In this document: positions 37,144 through 47,734 of the stretch, piece by piece
Position numbering within the stretch: position 1 is the first letter of the stretch
How the letters are laid out: every line of letters begins with the position of its first letter
Origin: an uncultured Chloroflexia bacterium
GTDB lineage: Bacteria > Chloroflexota > Limnocylindria > Limnocylindrales > CSP1-4
Length of the DNA stretch: 64,000 nucleotides
Assembly: GCA_963746845.1 (NCBI GenBank)
Contig: CAVVCZ010000004.1
Span: forward strand, 416,001 to 480,000
Reading direction: 5' to 3'
The notes under the pieces: model-generated
What the model was told of the DNA's origin: nothing
Seen by the model: only the letters and a program-made list of their open reading frames with translations
Database searches by the model: none
Program-made: the position numbers and the translations under genes

Positions 37144-38154
37144 ATGACACGACGACTCGCGGATGTGGCACGGAAGGTCGGCGTCTCGGAGGCGACCGTG
37201 AGTCGCGTCCTGAACGAGAAACCCGGCGTGTCCGAGGAGACCCGGAACCGGATCCTGACCGCCCTCGATGTCATGGGGTACGAGCGGCCGACGAAGCTGC
37301 GCGGCGAGCGAGCGCGGCTCGTCGGCCTCGTCCTTCCGGAGCTCCAGAACCCGATCTTTCCGGCCTTTGCCGAGGTCGTCGGGAGCGCGCTTGCGCAACA
37401 GGGCTACACCCCCGTCCTGTGCACGCAGACGGCCGGTGGCGTGACCGAGGCCGACTACGTCGAGCTGCTGCTCCAGCAGCAGGTGTCGGGGGTCGTCTTC
37501 GCGGGCGGGCTCTACACCCAGGCCGATGCGCCGCACGATCACTACCGGCGCCTCGCGTCGCGCAAGCTGCCGACCGTCCTCGTCAACGCACCGATCGCCG
37601 GTCTCGGGTTCGCGACCGTGTCCTGTGACGACGGCAAGGCCGCGGAGCAGGCAGTCACCCACCTGCTGTCGCTCGGCCACACGAAGATCGGCCTGCTCCT
37701 CGGGCCGCGCGACCATGTGCCGTCGCAGCGCAAGCTGGCTGCGGCCGTGAAGGTCGCGAACGCCGCCGGCCTGCCGATCCCATCGGAGCGGATCGCCCAC
37801 TCGCTGTACTCCCTCGAGGCGGCGCAGGCGTCGGCGGTCCGGCTGATCCGTGCCGGCGTGACGGGGATCGTCTGTGCGAGCGACCCGATGGCGCTCGGCG
37901 CGATCCGTGCCGTGCGCCGCGCCGGCCTGGACGTCCCGGCCGACGTGTCGGTCGTGGGCTTCGATGACTCCGCGCTGATGAGCAGCACGGACCCGCCGCT
38001 GACGACCGTTCGCCAGCCGATCGACGCGATGGGCCGGCTCGTGATCGAGCTCCTCGTGGCCCAGATCGCCGGAGTCGCAGTCGCCCACGACGAGATGCTC
38101 TTCGAGCCGGAGCTCGTCGTCCGTTCCTCGACCGGGCCCGCTCCCACCGCCTGA
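37144..38154 (+). CDS. LacI-family transcriptional regulator (MalR/AglR-like)
   Basis: LADVARKVGVSEATVSRVLN, SVVGFDD, PLTTVRQP. Confidence 0.96.
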   Translation: MTRRLADVARKVGVSEATVSRVLNEKPGVSEETRNRILTALDVMGYERPTKLRGERARLVGLVLPELQNPIFPAFAEVVGSALAQQGYTPVLCTQTAGGVTEADYVELLLQQQVSGVVFAGGLYTQADAPHDHYRRLASRKLPTVLVNAPIAGLGFATVSCDDGKAAEQAVTHLLSLGHTKIGLLLGPRDHVPSQRKLAAAVKVANAAGLPIPSERIAHSLYSLEAAQASAVRLIRAGVTGIVCASDPMALGAIRAVRRAGLDVPADVSVVGFDDSALMSSTDPPLTTVRQPIDAMGRLVIELLVAQIAGVAVAHDEMLFEPELVVRSSTGPAPTA

Positions 38155-38210
38155 GCCCCGGCAGGCGCCCGCGCTCGCCCGGTCCCGCGCCGGTGTGCGA
38201 TTCCTCTGTT

Positions 38211-38252
38211 GTCAAGTTCTTGCATTGTTTTGTCGTGTCTGTTACGTTGCGC
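38211..38252 (+). promoter_or_regulatory. Promoter/operator of the GH13-ABC operon
   Basis: AT-rich patch; TTGCAT-17-TACGTT; CAAGTTCTTGCA and ACGTTGCG shared with the lacI upstream region. Confidence 0.6.
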
Positions 38253-38300
38253 GACGTCGTCGCCCGGCATGCCGGGCTTCGGTCGGGCAGTGAGGGCCAC

Positions 38301-40016
38301 GTGACCGCCATCGAGCGACCGGATCTTCGAACGGACTCCCACGCCGGGCCGGTCGGGGCCGCCCGCGACTCGGCCGACCCGCGCTGGTGGCAGACCGCGG
38401 TGATCTACGAGATCTATCCGCGCAGCTTCGCCGACGGCAATGGCGACGGGACGGGAGACCTCGCGGGCGTCCGGTCGCGGCTCCCGTATCTCCGGGACCT
38501 CGGCGTCGACGCGATCTGGTTCACGCCGTGGTACGTCTCGCCCCTGTGCGACGGCGGGTACGACGTCGCCGACTACCGGGCGATCGATCCGGCGTTCGGG
38601 ACGCTCGCCGAAGCCGAGGCGCTGATCGCCGAGGCCGGCACGTTCGGGATCCGGACGATCGTCGACGTCGTCCCGAACCACGTCTCGAGCCGCCACCCAT
38701 GGTTCGAGGCGGCCCTCGCCTCGGCCCCGGGTTCGGTTGAACGATCGCGCTTCTGGTTCCATCCCGGCCGCGGAGCCGACGGGGCCGTGATGCCGACCGA
38801 CTGGGTCTCGAACTTCGGCGGCCCGACCTGGACCCGAACGACGGATCCCGACGGACGGCCGGGCGAGTGGTACCTCCACCTGTTCTCGGCGGACCAGCCC
38901 GACCTGAACTGGAACCACCCCGACGTGCGGGCGGAGTTCGAGGACGTGCTTGCCTTCTGGTTCGATCGCGGCGCCGCCGGGATCCGGATCGACTCGGCGG
39001 CCCTCCTGATCAAGGACGCGGAGCTGCCTGAGGTCCCCCCGGAGCCCGGGCCGGGCCAGCATCCGAACACCGATCGCGATGAGCTCCATGACGTGTACCG
39101 GAGCTGGCGTCGCGTCGCCGACCGCTATGACGATCCGAAGGCCCTCGTCGGGGAGCTGTGGCTCCCGGATGTCGAGCGGTTCGTCCGGTACCTCCGACCC
39201 GACGAGCTCCACACGGCGTTCAACTTCGACTTCCTCGGCCGGCCGTGGGACGCCGCGGCGCTTCGCTCGTCGATCGACATGACGCTGGCGGCACACGCGC
39301 CAGTCGATGCCCCGGCGACGTGGCTCCTCTCGAACCACGACGTCACCCGGCCCGTGACGCGTTATGGCCGGGCCGATTCGTCGTTCGCGTTCCTCGCGAA
39401 GCGGCAGGGCACCCCCACCGACGTCGCCCTCGGGCGGCGTCGGGCCCGCGCCGCCGCGCTGCTCGTCGCGGCCCTCCCCGGCTCGCTCTACATCTACCAG
39501 GGCGACGAGCTGGGACTCGACGAGGTCGAGGACCTGCCGCGCGACCGGCTCCAGGACCCGATGCACTTCCGGTCGGGCGGGGTCGATCCCGGCCGGGACG
39601 GTTGCCGGGTGCCGTTGCCGTGGTCCGGCTCGGCCGCCCCATTCGGCTTCAGCCCACCGGACGCGACCGGCGAGCCGTGGCTCCCGCAACCCGGTCGGTG
39701 GGCCGACCTGACCGTCGAGGCCGAGGCCTCGGACGCGTCCTCGATGCTCTCGTTGTACCGTTCGGCCCTCCGCCTCCGGCGGACCGATCGCGACCTGCGG
39801 ACCGAAGCCCTCGAGTGGCTGCCGTCCGCCCCCGATGTCCTCGCCTTCCTGCGCGGCAGCGGACTGGTCGTGATCGCGAATCTCGGCTCCACGCCTGTTG
39901 CCGCGCCGCGCGGCGGCGAGCTGCTGCTCGCGAGTCAGGACCTCGTCGACGGGTGCCTCCCGGTCGACGCCACCGGCTGGTGGCGGCTCGCGGGTGGCGG
40001 CGGGGACGAGCCGTGA
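38301..40016 (+). CDS. GH13 alpha-glucosidase (actinobacterial-type)
   Basis: YEIYPRSFAD, DVVPNH, QPDLNW, GIRIDS, LSNHD, RDGCRVPLPW. Confidence 0.95.
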   Translation: MTAIERPDLRTDSHAGPVGAARDSADPRWWQTAVIYEIYPRSFADGNGDGTGDLAGVRSRLPYLRDLGVDAIWFTPWYVSPLCDGGYDVADYRAIDPAFGTLAEAEALIAEAGTFGIRTIVDVVPNHVSSRHPWFEAALASAPGSVERSRFWFHPGRGADGAVMPTDWVSNFGGPTWTRTTDPDGRPGEWYLHLFSADQPDLNWNHPDVRAEFEDVLAFWFDRGAAGIRIDSAALLIKDAELPEVPPEPGPGQHPNTDRDELHDVYRSWRRVADRYDDPKALVGELWLPDVERFVRYLRPDELHTAFNFDFLGRPWDAAALRSSIDMTLAAHAPVDAPATWLLSNHDVTRPVTRYGRADSSFAFLAKRQGTPTDVALGRRRARAAALLVAALPGSLYIYQGDELGLDEVEDLPRDRLQDPMHFRSGGVDPGRDGCRVPLPWSGSAAPFGFSPPDATGEPWLPQPGRWADLTVEAEASDASSMLSLYRSALRLRRTDRDLRTEALEWLPSAPDVLAFLRGSGLVVIANLGSTPVAAPRGGELLLASQDLVDGCLPVDATGWWRLAGGGGDEP

Positions 40017-40098
40017 CCCGGGGCGGGGGAGCGATGCGGATGGGGTGAGGATCCCGGCGATGGTGATCGGCATGAGACGTGAGAGAGGAGAAAACGTG

Positions 40099-41541
40099 AT
40101 GTCGAGGAGGAGTCCGCAGCGACTGGGCAACCTGTCGCTCGTCGCGCTGGCCGTCGTCGGTCTCGCGGCAGCAGCCTGCAACTCGGCGACGACCCCGTCG
40201 CCGAGCGCAGCGCAGTCGAGTCAGGCCGCGGCACCCAGCGCCGCGCCGTCGGCGGCCGCGCAGCACGATCCGGTGACGATCTCGGTCGGCGTCCTGCGGC
40301 CGGGCGCCACGCAGGAGGCCGTCGACGCCCTGAACCTGCAGATCAGCGAGTTCGAAGCCAAGTACCCGTGGATCACGGTCCAGCCTGAGGAGTACAACTG
40401 GACCGCACCGACGTTCACCGCGGCCCTGGCCGCCGGAACGCTGCCGACCGTGTTCACGATCCCGTTCACCGACGGGAAGGGCCTGATCGCGCAGCACCAG
40501 ATCGTCAACATCGACGAGCGCGTCCGTGCGCTGGGCTACGCCGACAAGTTCAACCCGAACGTCATCGTCAACGGCCAAGACAAGGACGGAAAGATCTGGG
40601 CTGTGCCGACCGCCGCGTACGGCATGTCCCTGACCTACAACCGGACCCTGTTCAAGCAGGCCGGTCTCGATCCCGACAAGCCGCCGACGACCTGGGACGA
40701 GGTCCGTGCCGCGGCCAGGACCATCGCCGAGAAGACGGGCGTCGCCGGCTACGCCGAGATGGCCACCGAGAATACCGGCGGCTGGCAGCTGACGACCTCC
40801 ACGTACGCCCTCGGCGGCCGGATGGAGACCGTCGAAGCCGACGGCAAGGTCACCGCCACCCTCAACAACCCGCAGACCAAGGCAGCCCTCGAGCGGCTCA
40901 AGGCGATGCGCTGGGAGGACAACTCGATGGGGTCGACCTTCGACCTCGCCTGGGGCACGATCAACCAGGCCTTCGCGGCCGGCCAGGTCGGGATGTTCAC
41001 GGGCGGCTCCGACCTGTACACCGCCATGGTCCAGAACAACAGCCTGAAGCCGGACGACTACGGCGTGACGATCATCCCGCTCGACAGCAGCCCGGACGCC
41101 GGCGTGCTCGGCGGCGGCACGCTCGCCGCCGTCAACGTCGTGACGAAGGACGACGAGCGGGATGCGGCCGTCAACTGGATCGACTTCTATTACATGCAGA
41201 AGCTGCTGACCCAGGAAGGCGCCGTGGCCGACGCCCAGGCGCTCAAGGCCAACAACCAGCCGGTCGGCGTCCCGTCGCTGCCGATCTTCGACAAGGCGAC
41301 GTACGACGCCTCGCAGCAGTGGATCAAGGACTACATCAACGTCCCCACCAATCAGATGACCCCGTTCACCTCGAAGATCTTCGACCAGAAGATCGTGACC
41401 GAGCCGACGGCCCATACCCAGGAGCTCTACGCGGCCCTCGACCCCGTCGTGCAGGCCGTCCTCACCGACAAGAACGCGGACGTCGACGCGCTCCTCACCA
41501 AGGCCAACACCGACGTCCAGGCGATCCTCGACAAGGGCTGA
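40099..41541 (+). CDS. Sugar ABC transporter substrate-binding lipoprotein
   Basis: Lipobox-like LAAAAC, YNRTLFKQAGLDPDKPPTTWDE; GAGGAG RBS. Confidence 0.93.
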   Translation: MSRRSPQRLGNLSLVALAVVGLAAAACNSATTPSPSAAQSSQAAAPSAAPSAAAQHDPVTISVGVLRPGATQEAVDALNLQISEFEAKYPWITVQPEEYNWTAPTFTAALAAGTLPTVFTIPFTDGKGLIAQHQIVNIDERVRALGYADKFNPNVIVNGQDKDGKIWAVPTAAYGMSLTYNRTLFKQAGLDPDKPPTTWDEVRAAARTIAEKTGVAGYAEMATENTGGWQLTTSTYALGGRMETVEADGKVTATLNNPQTKAALERLKAMRWEDNSMGSTFDLAWGTINQAFAAGQVGMFTGGSDLYTAMVQNNSLKPDDYGVTIIPLDSSPDAGVLGGGTLAAVNVVTKDDERDAAVNWIDFYYMQKLLTQEGAVADAQALKANNQPVGVPSLPIFDKATYDASQQWIKDYINVPTNQMTPFTSKIFDQKIVTEPTAHTQELYAALDPVVQAVLTDKNADVDALLTKANTDVQAILDKG

Positions 41542-41552
41542 TCGCTCCTCCT

Positions 41553-41591
41553 GACGAGTCCGGGCCCCGGCACCGCCGGGGCCCGCTCGTT
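41553..41591 (+). terminator. Intercistronic GC-rich hairpin after the binding-protein gene
   Basis: CGGGCCCCGGC-ACC-GCCGGGGCCCG stem, extendable by GACGAG/CTCGTT; no U tract. Confidence 0.55.
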
Positions 41592-41674
41592 ACCCGGCCC
41601 CGCCCTCGGCCGGGCACTGGCATCCTTGGGGGCCGGCGCCCGTCCAGCTCGGCACAACACCCGACCAGGAGTCC

Positions 41675-42631
41675 ATGGGCTCGTATACCGAGGCCGTCCC
41701 GGCCACCGAACCGGCCGCCCGCGTCACGCGCCGTCGCGGCGCCCGTCTCCGGCTGACCCGCGACGGCCTGAGCACGTTCGCGTTCCTGCTGCCGCTCCTG
41801 GTCGTGTTCGGGCTGTTCGCCTGGTTCCCGATCCTGCGGGCCGTCGTCATGAGCCTGCAGGAGACGAATCTCGTGTCGACGCCGACGTTCGTCGGCATCG
41901 AGAACTTCGGCCGCGTCCTGGCGGACCCCCAGTTCGGGATCGCGGTCGCGAACACGGCCTGGTTCGCGCTCCTCGCGTTGATCTTCGGGTTCCCAGTCCC
42001 GATCATCCTCGCCGTCCTGATGAGCGAGGTCCGACGCGGCCGGGGCCTCTACAGCGCGCTGGCCTACCTGCCGGTCGTCATCCCGCCGGTCGTGTCGGTC
42101 CTCCTCTGGCGGTTCTTCTACAACGCCTCCGCGAACGGCGTGTTCAACACGGTGCTCGGCTGGTTCGGGGCAGGCCCGTTGCCGTGGCTGCAGAGCTCCG
42201 CCAGCGCGATGCCGTCGATCGTCATCGAAGCGACGTGGGCGAATGCCGGGGCCACGGTGATCATCTACCTCGCGGCGCTCGTCTCGGTCCCGCCGGAGCT
42301 GTACGACGCGGCCGACGTCGACGGCGCGTCGATCTGGCAGAAGATCCGGCACGTCACGCTGCCGCACCTGCGCACCGTGCTGATCCTGACCCTGATCCTC
42401 CAGCTGATCGCGACGGCCCAGCTCTTCACCGAGCCGCTCCTGTTCACGGCCGGCGGCCCGAACAACGCGACACTGACCGTCCTGCTCCTCATCTACCGCT
42501 ACGCGTTCCAGAACAGCCTCGGCGGCGACTACGGCATGGCGGCGGCGCTGAGCCTGATGCTCGCCGGGTTCCTCGCGATCTTCACCGCCGGCTATTACTG
42601 GCTGACCCGGTCGTGGAGCACGAGCTCGTGA
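41675..42631 (+). CDS. Carbohydrate ABC transporter permease
   Basis: FVGIENF, EAA-loop variant LYDAADVDGA. Confidence 0.94.
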   Translation: MGSYTEAVPATEPAARVTRRRGARLRLTRDGLSTFAFLLPLLVVFGLFAWFPILRAVVMSLQETNLVSTPTFVGIENFGRVLADPQFGIAVANTAWFALLALIFGFPVPIILAVLMSEVRRGRGLYSALAYLPVVIPPVVSVLLWRFFYNASANGVFNTVLGWFGAGPLPWLQSSASAMPSIVIEATWANAGATVIIYLAALVSVPPELYDAADVDGASIWQKIRHVTLPHLRTVLILTLILQLIATAQLFTEPLLFTAGGPNNATLTVLLLIYRYAFQNSLGGDYGMAAALSLMLAGFLAIFTAGYYWLTRSWSTSS

Positions 42632-43554
42632 GGCCGTTCAGGTCGCGACACGCAGCGACGGGCGATCAGACCGGTTCGACCGAGCGCGGGATCATCTCCG
42701 GCGCGGACTGGCGCCAGCGACGGGTCCGCTGGCCGGTCCGGTTCCTCCACGTGCTCACGCTGGCGTTCCTGCTCGTCGTGGGCCTCGGCCCGCTCCTCTG
42801 GATGATCAAGTCGTCGATCACGCCGACCCAGGACACTCTGCGCTACCCGATGGCCCTCTGGCCGAACGGGTTCGACATCGGCCAGCTCGCCACCGCCTGG
42901 TCGCGGACCCACATCGATCGGTACCTGTGGAACACGGTCGTCATCGCGTTCGGATCGTGGGCGAGCCAGCTGTTCGTCGCCACGACTGCGGGCTTCGCCC
43001 TGTCCGTCCTGCGCCCGCGGTTCGGCCGGCTCCTGACCGGGCTCGTGATCGCGACGCTCTTCGTCCCACCGATCGTTCTGCTCGTGCCGCTCTACCTGAC
43101 CATCGTCGACGTGCCGCTCGTCCATGCCCGGATGATCGACAGCTACTGGGCGATCTGGCTGCCGGCCGCGGCGAGCGCGGTGAACGTGGTGCTGATCAAG
43201 CGCTTCTTCGACAACCTGCCCCGCGAGATCTTCGAGGCGGCCCGGGTCGACGGCGCGGGTCCGTTCCGGTTGTTCTGGTCGATCGTCCTGCCGATGTCAC
43301 GGCCGATCCTCGGTGTGGTCTCCGTGTTCGCCGTGATCGCGACCTGGAAGGACTACCTGTGGCCGTTGCTCGTGATCCGGAACCCCAACCTCCAGCCGCT
43401 GTCCGTTCGACTCCCGACGCTCCAGCCGACCACGGACCTGGGGGTGTTCATCGCGGCCCTCACGATCTCGAGCCTGATCCCGATCGTCCTCTTCCTGGTG
43501 TTCCAGCGTCTGTTCCTGAACGGCGGCGCGCTGAGCGGGGCGATCAAGGGCTGA
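42628..43554 (+). CDS. Carbohydrate ABC transporter permease
   Basis: IFEAARVDGA, FQR...GAIKG; GTGA overlap start. Confidence 0.93.
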   Translation: MRPFRSRHAATGDQTGSTERGIISGADWRQRRVRWPVRFLHVLTLAFLLVVGLGPLLWMIKSSITPTQDTLRYPMALWPNGFDIGQLATAWSRTHIDRYLWNTVVIAFGSWASQLFVATTAGFALSVLRPRFGRLLTGLVIATLFVPPIVLLVPLYLTIVDVPLVHARMIDSYWAIWLPAAASAVNVVLIKRFFDNLPREIFEAARVDGAGPFRLFWSIVLPMSRPILGVVSVFAVIATWKDYLWPLLVIRNPNLQPLSVRLPTLQPTTDLGVFIAALTISSLIPIVLFLVFQRLFLNGGALSGAIKG

Positions 43555-43687
43555 CCGGACGGGGACACCCCACCCCGACGACACCGGGCAGGCACCATCG
43601 CGCCCCGTCGCGGCGGCGCCGACAATCGCCTGCATTCCGTCGTTGCCCGACCGAACGACAGCGCCACCAGCCCTGGGGGATGCCTCG

Positions 43688-44536
43688 ATGCGACACACCG
43701 CTAGCCTCACCGTCGTGTTCGTGATTGCGGCCACGCTGCTCGCGGCGTGCAACACCGCCGCCTCGCCATCGTCCGGATCGTCCCTGACCGGGCGGACGTG
43801 GGCCCTGAACGCGATCACCGGCAAGACGCCGGCGTACCAGGGCGTCCTCCCGGCGGTCACCCAGCCGGACTACACGATCACCTTCGCGACCGACGGCACG
43901 TACTCCGGCACCGCGGGTTGCAACCAGATCGCCGGCACGTACAAGACCAGCGGCAACACGCTGACGATCACCGCCGGCGCTTCGACGCTCGCCTTCTGCC
44001 CGGACGATGACTTCGGCAGCCTCTTCGTCCACGCACTGACCCAGGCCGCCACCTACGCCGTGGCGAACGACACGCTGACGATCACCACATCCGATGGCGG
44101 CACGATGACCTTCGGCCCGCCACCGGTCGTCCCGTCCAGCGCCCAGTCCAGTGCGATCGCGTCGTCGGCGCCCGCCGGCAGCCCGCCGGCCGACCTGATC
44201 GGCAAGACCTGGAAGCTCACGGCGATCACCGAGACCGTCCCCGCGTTCCAGGGGGTCGTGCCGGCCGCGGACCAGGCGAACTACACCATCGAGTTTGCCG
44301 CCGACGGGACGTTCGCGGCCAAGGCCGACTGCAACCAGGTTGCCGGGACCTACGCCGTCGGGACCGGCGGAGCGATCACGATCACGCCCGGACCGTCGAC
44401 CATGGCGGCGTGCCCGCCAGGCTCGATGGGTGACCTGTTCGTGATCGGCCTGGGCGAGGCGGCCAGCTATGCGATCGCCGGCGACCAGCTGACGCTGACG
44501 CTCGGGAGCGGTGGGACGCTGGTCTTCAGCTCCTGA
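43688..44536 (+). CDS. Lipoprotein with two META (HslJ-like) domains
   Basis: Lipobox LLAAC; duplicated W-L...YTI-F--DGT...CNQ-AGTY...ST-A-CP unit. Confidence 0.88.
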   Translation: MRHTASLTVVFVIAATLLAACNTAASPSSGSSLTGRTWALNAITGKTPAYQGVLPAVTQPDYTITFATDGTYSGTAGCNQIAGTYKTSGNTLTITAGASTLAFCPDDDFGSLFVHALTQAATYAVANDTLTITTSDGGTMTFGPPPVVPSSAQSSAIASSAPAGSPPADLIGKTWKLTAITETVPAFQGVVPAADQANYTIEFAADGTFAAKADCNQVAGTYAVGTGGAITITPGPSTMAACPPGSMGDLFVIGLGEAASYAIAGDQLTLTLGSGGTLVFSS

Positions 44537-44605
44537 CCGGAAAGGATCGGACCCCGATCCGGTAGTCTCGACAACCGCGTCGCCATGGAGGAGGGTCCGA
44601 GTCCG

Positions 44606-45409
44606 ATGACCGCCCAGGTTCCCGTGCTCCGGGAGCACGGCAATGCCTACAACATCTTCATCCTCGTCCTGACCCTGGCTTCGCTCGCGATCATGGTCCT
44701 GCTGGTCCTGCCGATCCCGCAGGTCGAGCGGGACCTCCTGACCGTCTACGACAACCTCATCTGCGTGATCTTCCTCGCCGACTTCGGCTTCAACCTGGCG
44801 GGGTCGAAGCCGAGGCGGGCGTACTTCATCGGTGCCCGCGGCTGGCTCGATCTGCTCGGGTCGATCCCCAGCTTCGGGTTCCTCCGGTTCACCGCCCTCT
44901 TCCGGCTGGCGCGGCTGAGCCGGCTGGCACGGATCGGCCGCCTGATGGGTGGCCAGAACCGCAAGCAGCTCGTCGACGACGTCCTCCAGAACCGCGGGCA
45001 GTACGCCACGTTCATCACGATCCTGTCGGCGGGGCTCGTCCTCGTCGCGGCCAGCGTGCTCGTCCTCGCGTTTGAGGAAGGGGCGCCCGACGGCAACATC
45101 AAGACCGGCGGCGACGCACTGTGGTGGGGCGTCGTGACGATCACGACCGTCGGCTACGGCGATCGATTCCCGGTCACGCTCCTGGGTCGTCTCACCGGAT
45201 TCTCCGTGATGATCGCGGGCGTCGGCATCATCGGCGCGTTGGCCAGCATCCTGGCAAGCCTGCTGGTGTCACCGACGGCGGCGGAGGAGGACGCGGACGA
45301 GGATCCGGCTCCCGGCGCGCTCCCGAGCGACGCGATCCTCGCCAAGCTGACCGACCTCCAGGGCCAGGTCGCGGCACTCCGCGCCGAGGTGGCGGCCGGC
45401 CGGACCTGA
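44606..45409 (+). CDS. Voltage-gated-type potassium channel (6-TM, KvAP-like); alternative start 44585
   Basis: TTVGYGD selectivity filter; Arg-rich S4 RLARLSRLARIGR. Confidence 0.92.
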   Translation: MTAQVPVLREHGNAYNIFILVLTLASLAIMVLLVLPIPQVERDLLTVYDNLICVIFLADFGFNLAGSKPRRAYFIGARGWLDLLGSIPSFGFLRFTALFRLARLSRLARIGRLMGGQNRKQLVDDVLQNRGQYATFITILSAGLVLVAASVLVLAFEEGAPDGNIKTGGDALWWGVVTITTVGYGDRFPVTLLGRLTGFSVMIAGVGIIGALASILASLLVSPTAAEEDADEDPAPGALPSDAILAKLTDLQGQVAALRAEVAAGRT

Positions 45410-45467
45410 CGAATCGCGCCACCGGGCGGCTGGTGGCGCATCCTGTGCTCTCGCCCCGTTCGAGGAG

Positions 45468-46280
45468 ATGGATGTGAGAGTCGCGGGCAAGGTCGTGGTG
45501 GTGACGGGCGCCGGCAGCGGGATCGGCCGCGCGGTCGCGCTCGAGGCGCTGATCCGCGGGGCGCGCGTGGCCGCCGTCGATCGCAACCCGGAGACGCTCG
45601 AGGAGACCGCGACGCTTGCCGTCGCCGGCGGCCGGCTCTCGACCCATGTGCTGGACATCACGGACAAGTCGGCCGTTGCCGGGCTCCCCGCCGACGTCGC
45701 GGCGCGCCACGGGGCCGTCGACGGCCTCATCCACTGTGCCGGCATCATCCAGCCGTTCGTGAGGCTGAAGGACCTCGACGACGCGGCGATCGACCGGGTT
45801 TTCGCGGTCAACTGGTGGGGCACCCTGCACCTGACCAGGACGTTCCTGCCCGTCCTCCTCGACCGGCCCGAGGGTCACATCGTCAACGTGTCGAGCATGG
45901 GCGGCTTCCTGCCGGTGCCCGGGCAGACGATCTACGGGGCGTCGAAGGCGGCCGTCAAGCTCCTGACCGAAGGCCTCCACGCCGAATGCCGCGGCACGCG
46001 CGTCCATGTCACCGTCGTGTTCCCGGGCGCGGTGGCGACGAACATCACGACCAACTCGGGCGTCGACATCCCGCTCACCGGCATCGACGTCGAGGCCCAG
46101 ATGCGACGGACGACGTCGCCCGCGAAGGCCGCGCAGATCATCCTCACCGGCATGGAGAAGGACGCCTACCGCGTGATGGTCGGCCGGGACGCGACGATGA
46201 TGGACGCGCTCTACCGGCTGAGCCCGAGGCGGGCGTCCGCGTTCATCGCGAACCAGATGAAGGACCTGCTCGGCAGCTGA
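45468..46280 (+). CDS. Short-chain dehydrogenase/reductase
   Basis: TGAGSGIG, NVSS, YGASK. Confidence 0.95.
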   Translation: MDVRVAGKVVVVTGAGSGIGRAVALEALIRGARVAAVDRNPETLEETATLAVAGGRLSTHVLDITDKSAVAGLPADVAARHGAVDGLIHCAGIIQPFVRLKDLDDAAIDRVFAVNWWGTLHLTRTFLPVLLDRPEGHIVNVSSMGGFLPVPGQTIYGASKAAVKLLTEGLHAECRGTRVHVTVVFPGAVATNITTNSGVDIPLTGIDVEAQMRRTTSPAKAAQIILTGMEKDAYRVMVGRDATMMDALYRLSPRRASAFIANQMKDLLGS

Positions 46281-46327
46281 CTCGATCGCCCGACGCCGTG
46301 GCGATCAGGCTCTCGGAGCCGTTCGGG

Positions 46328-47692
46328 CTAGCCGGCGATCCGGATGACCTTCTTGTTCACGAACTCATCGGCCGCCAGCAGACCCAGCTCACGAGCCGTA
46401 CCGCTGCTCTTGACGCCGCCGAACGGCAGTTCGGGACTGTCGGCCAGCACCAGATTGATGTAGACCATGCCCGCCTCGATTCGATCGGCGACCCGGGCCG
46501 CCTGTTCCGGATCATTGCTGAACACGTACGAACCCAGCCCGAAGCCGGTGTCATTGGCCAGCGTGACCGCTGCGTCCTCGTCGGCCACCCGGTAGACGAC
46601 TCCGACTGGTCCGAAGAACTCCTCCCGATAGGCCTCCATGTCGGGCGTCACGCCGATCAGCACGGTCGGCGGAACGTACGCACCGTCCCGGGAGCCGCCC
46701 GTCACGACGGTCGCGCCCTGCGCCACCGCCCGATCGACCTGGTCCTGTAGCCGTGTCGCCGCGGCGACGGACGACAGCGGCCCGAGCACCGTCTCCTCGA
46801 CCAGCGGGTCACCCACCGGCGCCGCGGCCATTGCTGCGGTGAACCCGGTCAGGAACGCCTCGTACAACTCGTCCACCACGATGAATCGCTTGGCGCCGTT
46901 GCAGGACTGGCCGGTGTTGTCCAGCCGTGCCGCGGTCGCCGCCGCCACCACCGCGTCAAGATCATCGGTGGCCAGCACGAGGAACGGATCCGAGCCGCCG
47001 AGCTCCAGGGCCACCTTCTTCAGGTGCCGCCCGGCCACCTCGGCGACCGCCGCCCCGGCCCGCTGCGAGCCGGTCACCGATACGCCCTGGATCCGCGGAT
47101 CGGCGATGATCGTCGCGGCCTGCTCAGTGCTGACGTAGACGTTGAGGTAGGCGCCCTCCGGCAGCCCGGCGTCGCGATAGATCGCCTCGATGGCCGCGGC
47201 CGACTCCGGGCACTGCGATGCATGCTTCAAGACGATGGCATTGCCGAGGACCAGGTTCGGCGCCGCGAACCTGGCCACCTGGTAGTAGGGAAAGTTCCAG
47301 GGCATGATCCCGAGGAGCACGCCCAGCGGGCTGCGCCGGATCACGGCGGTGCCCTGGCCCAGGATGGTGAGCGGCTGATCGGCGGTGATCACGTCCGCCT
47401 GATCCGCGTAGTACTCGGTGATGTCGGCGGCGAAGTCGACCTCGCCGAGCGCGCCGGCTTTCACCTTGCCCATCTCCCGGACGATGATGGCGGCCAGCTC
47501 CGCCCGACGTTCCCGATGCAGCTGGGCCGCCCGGCGGACGATCCCGGCCCGCTCGGCGACCGGGAGCTTCCGCCAGGTCTCGAACCCCGCTTCGGCCGCG
47601 GCAAGTGCCCCTTCGACCTGGGCATCGGTGAAGGTGTCGTAGCGGGCCACGGTCTCCCCGGTGGCCGGGTTCACGACGGCGTACTCGCTCAT
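46328..47692 (-). CDS. NAD(P)-dependent succinate-semialdehyde dehydrogenase-like aldehyde dehydrogenase
   Basis: IMPWNFPYYQ, LELGGSD, GQSC, EEFFGP, PFGGVKSSG. Confidence 0.92.
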   Translation of the reverse strand: MSEYAVVNPATGETVARYDTFTDAQVEGALAAAEAGFETWRKLPVAERAGIVRRAAQLHRERRAELAAIIVREMGKVKAGALGEVDFAADITEYYADQADVITADQPLTILGQGTAVIRRSPLGVLLGIMPWNFPYYQVARFAAPNLVLGNAIVLKHASQCPESAAAIEAIYRDAGLPEGAYLNVYVSTEQAATIIADPRIQGVSVTGSQRAGAAVAEVAGRHLKKVALELGGSDPFLVLATDDLDAVVAAATAARLDNTGQSCNGAKRFIVVDELYEAFLTGFTAAMAAAPVGDPLVEETVLGPLSSVAAATRLQDQVDRAVAQGATVVTGGSRDGAYVPPTVLIGVTPDMEAYREEFFGPVGVVYRVADEDAAVTLANDTGFGLGSYVFSNDPEQAARVADRIEAGMVYINLVLADSPELPFGGVKSSGTARELGLLAADEFVNKKVIRIAG

Positions 47693-47734
47693 GATCGTTC
47701 CTTTCGCCGCTGAGCCCAGCGGCCGGGCGCGACG

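Noticed and set aside
43790-44536. Internal duplication in the lipoprotein gene
   Set aside because: Ordinary tandem META domains
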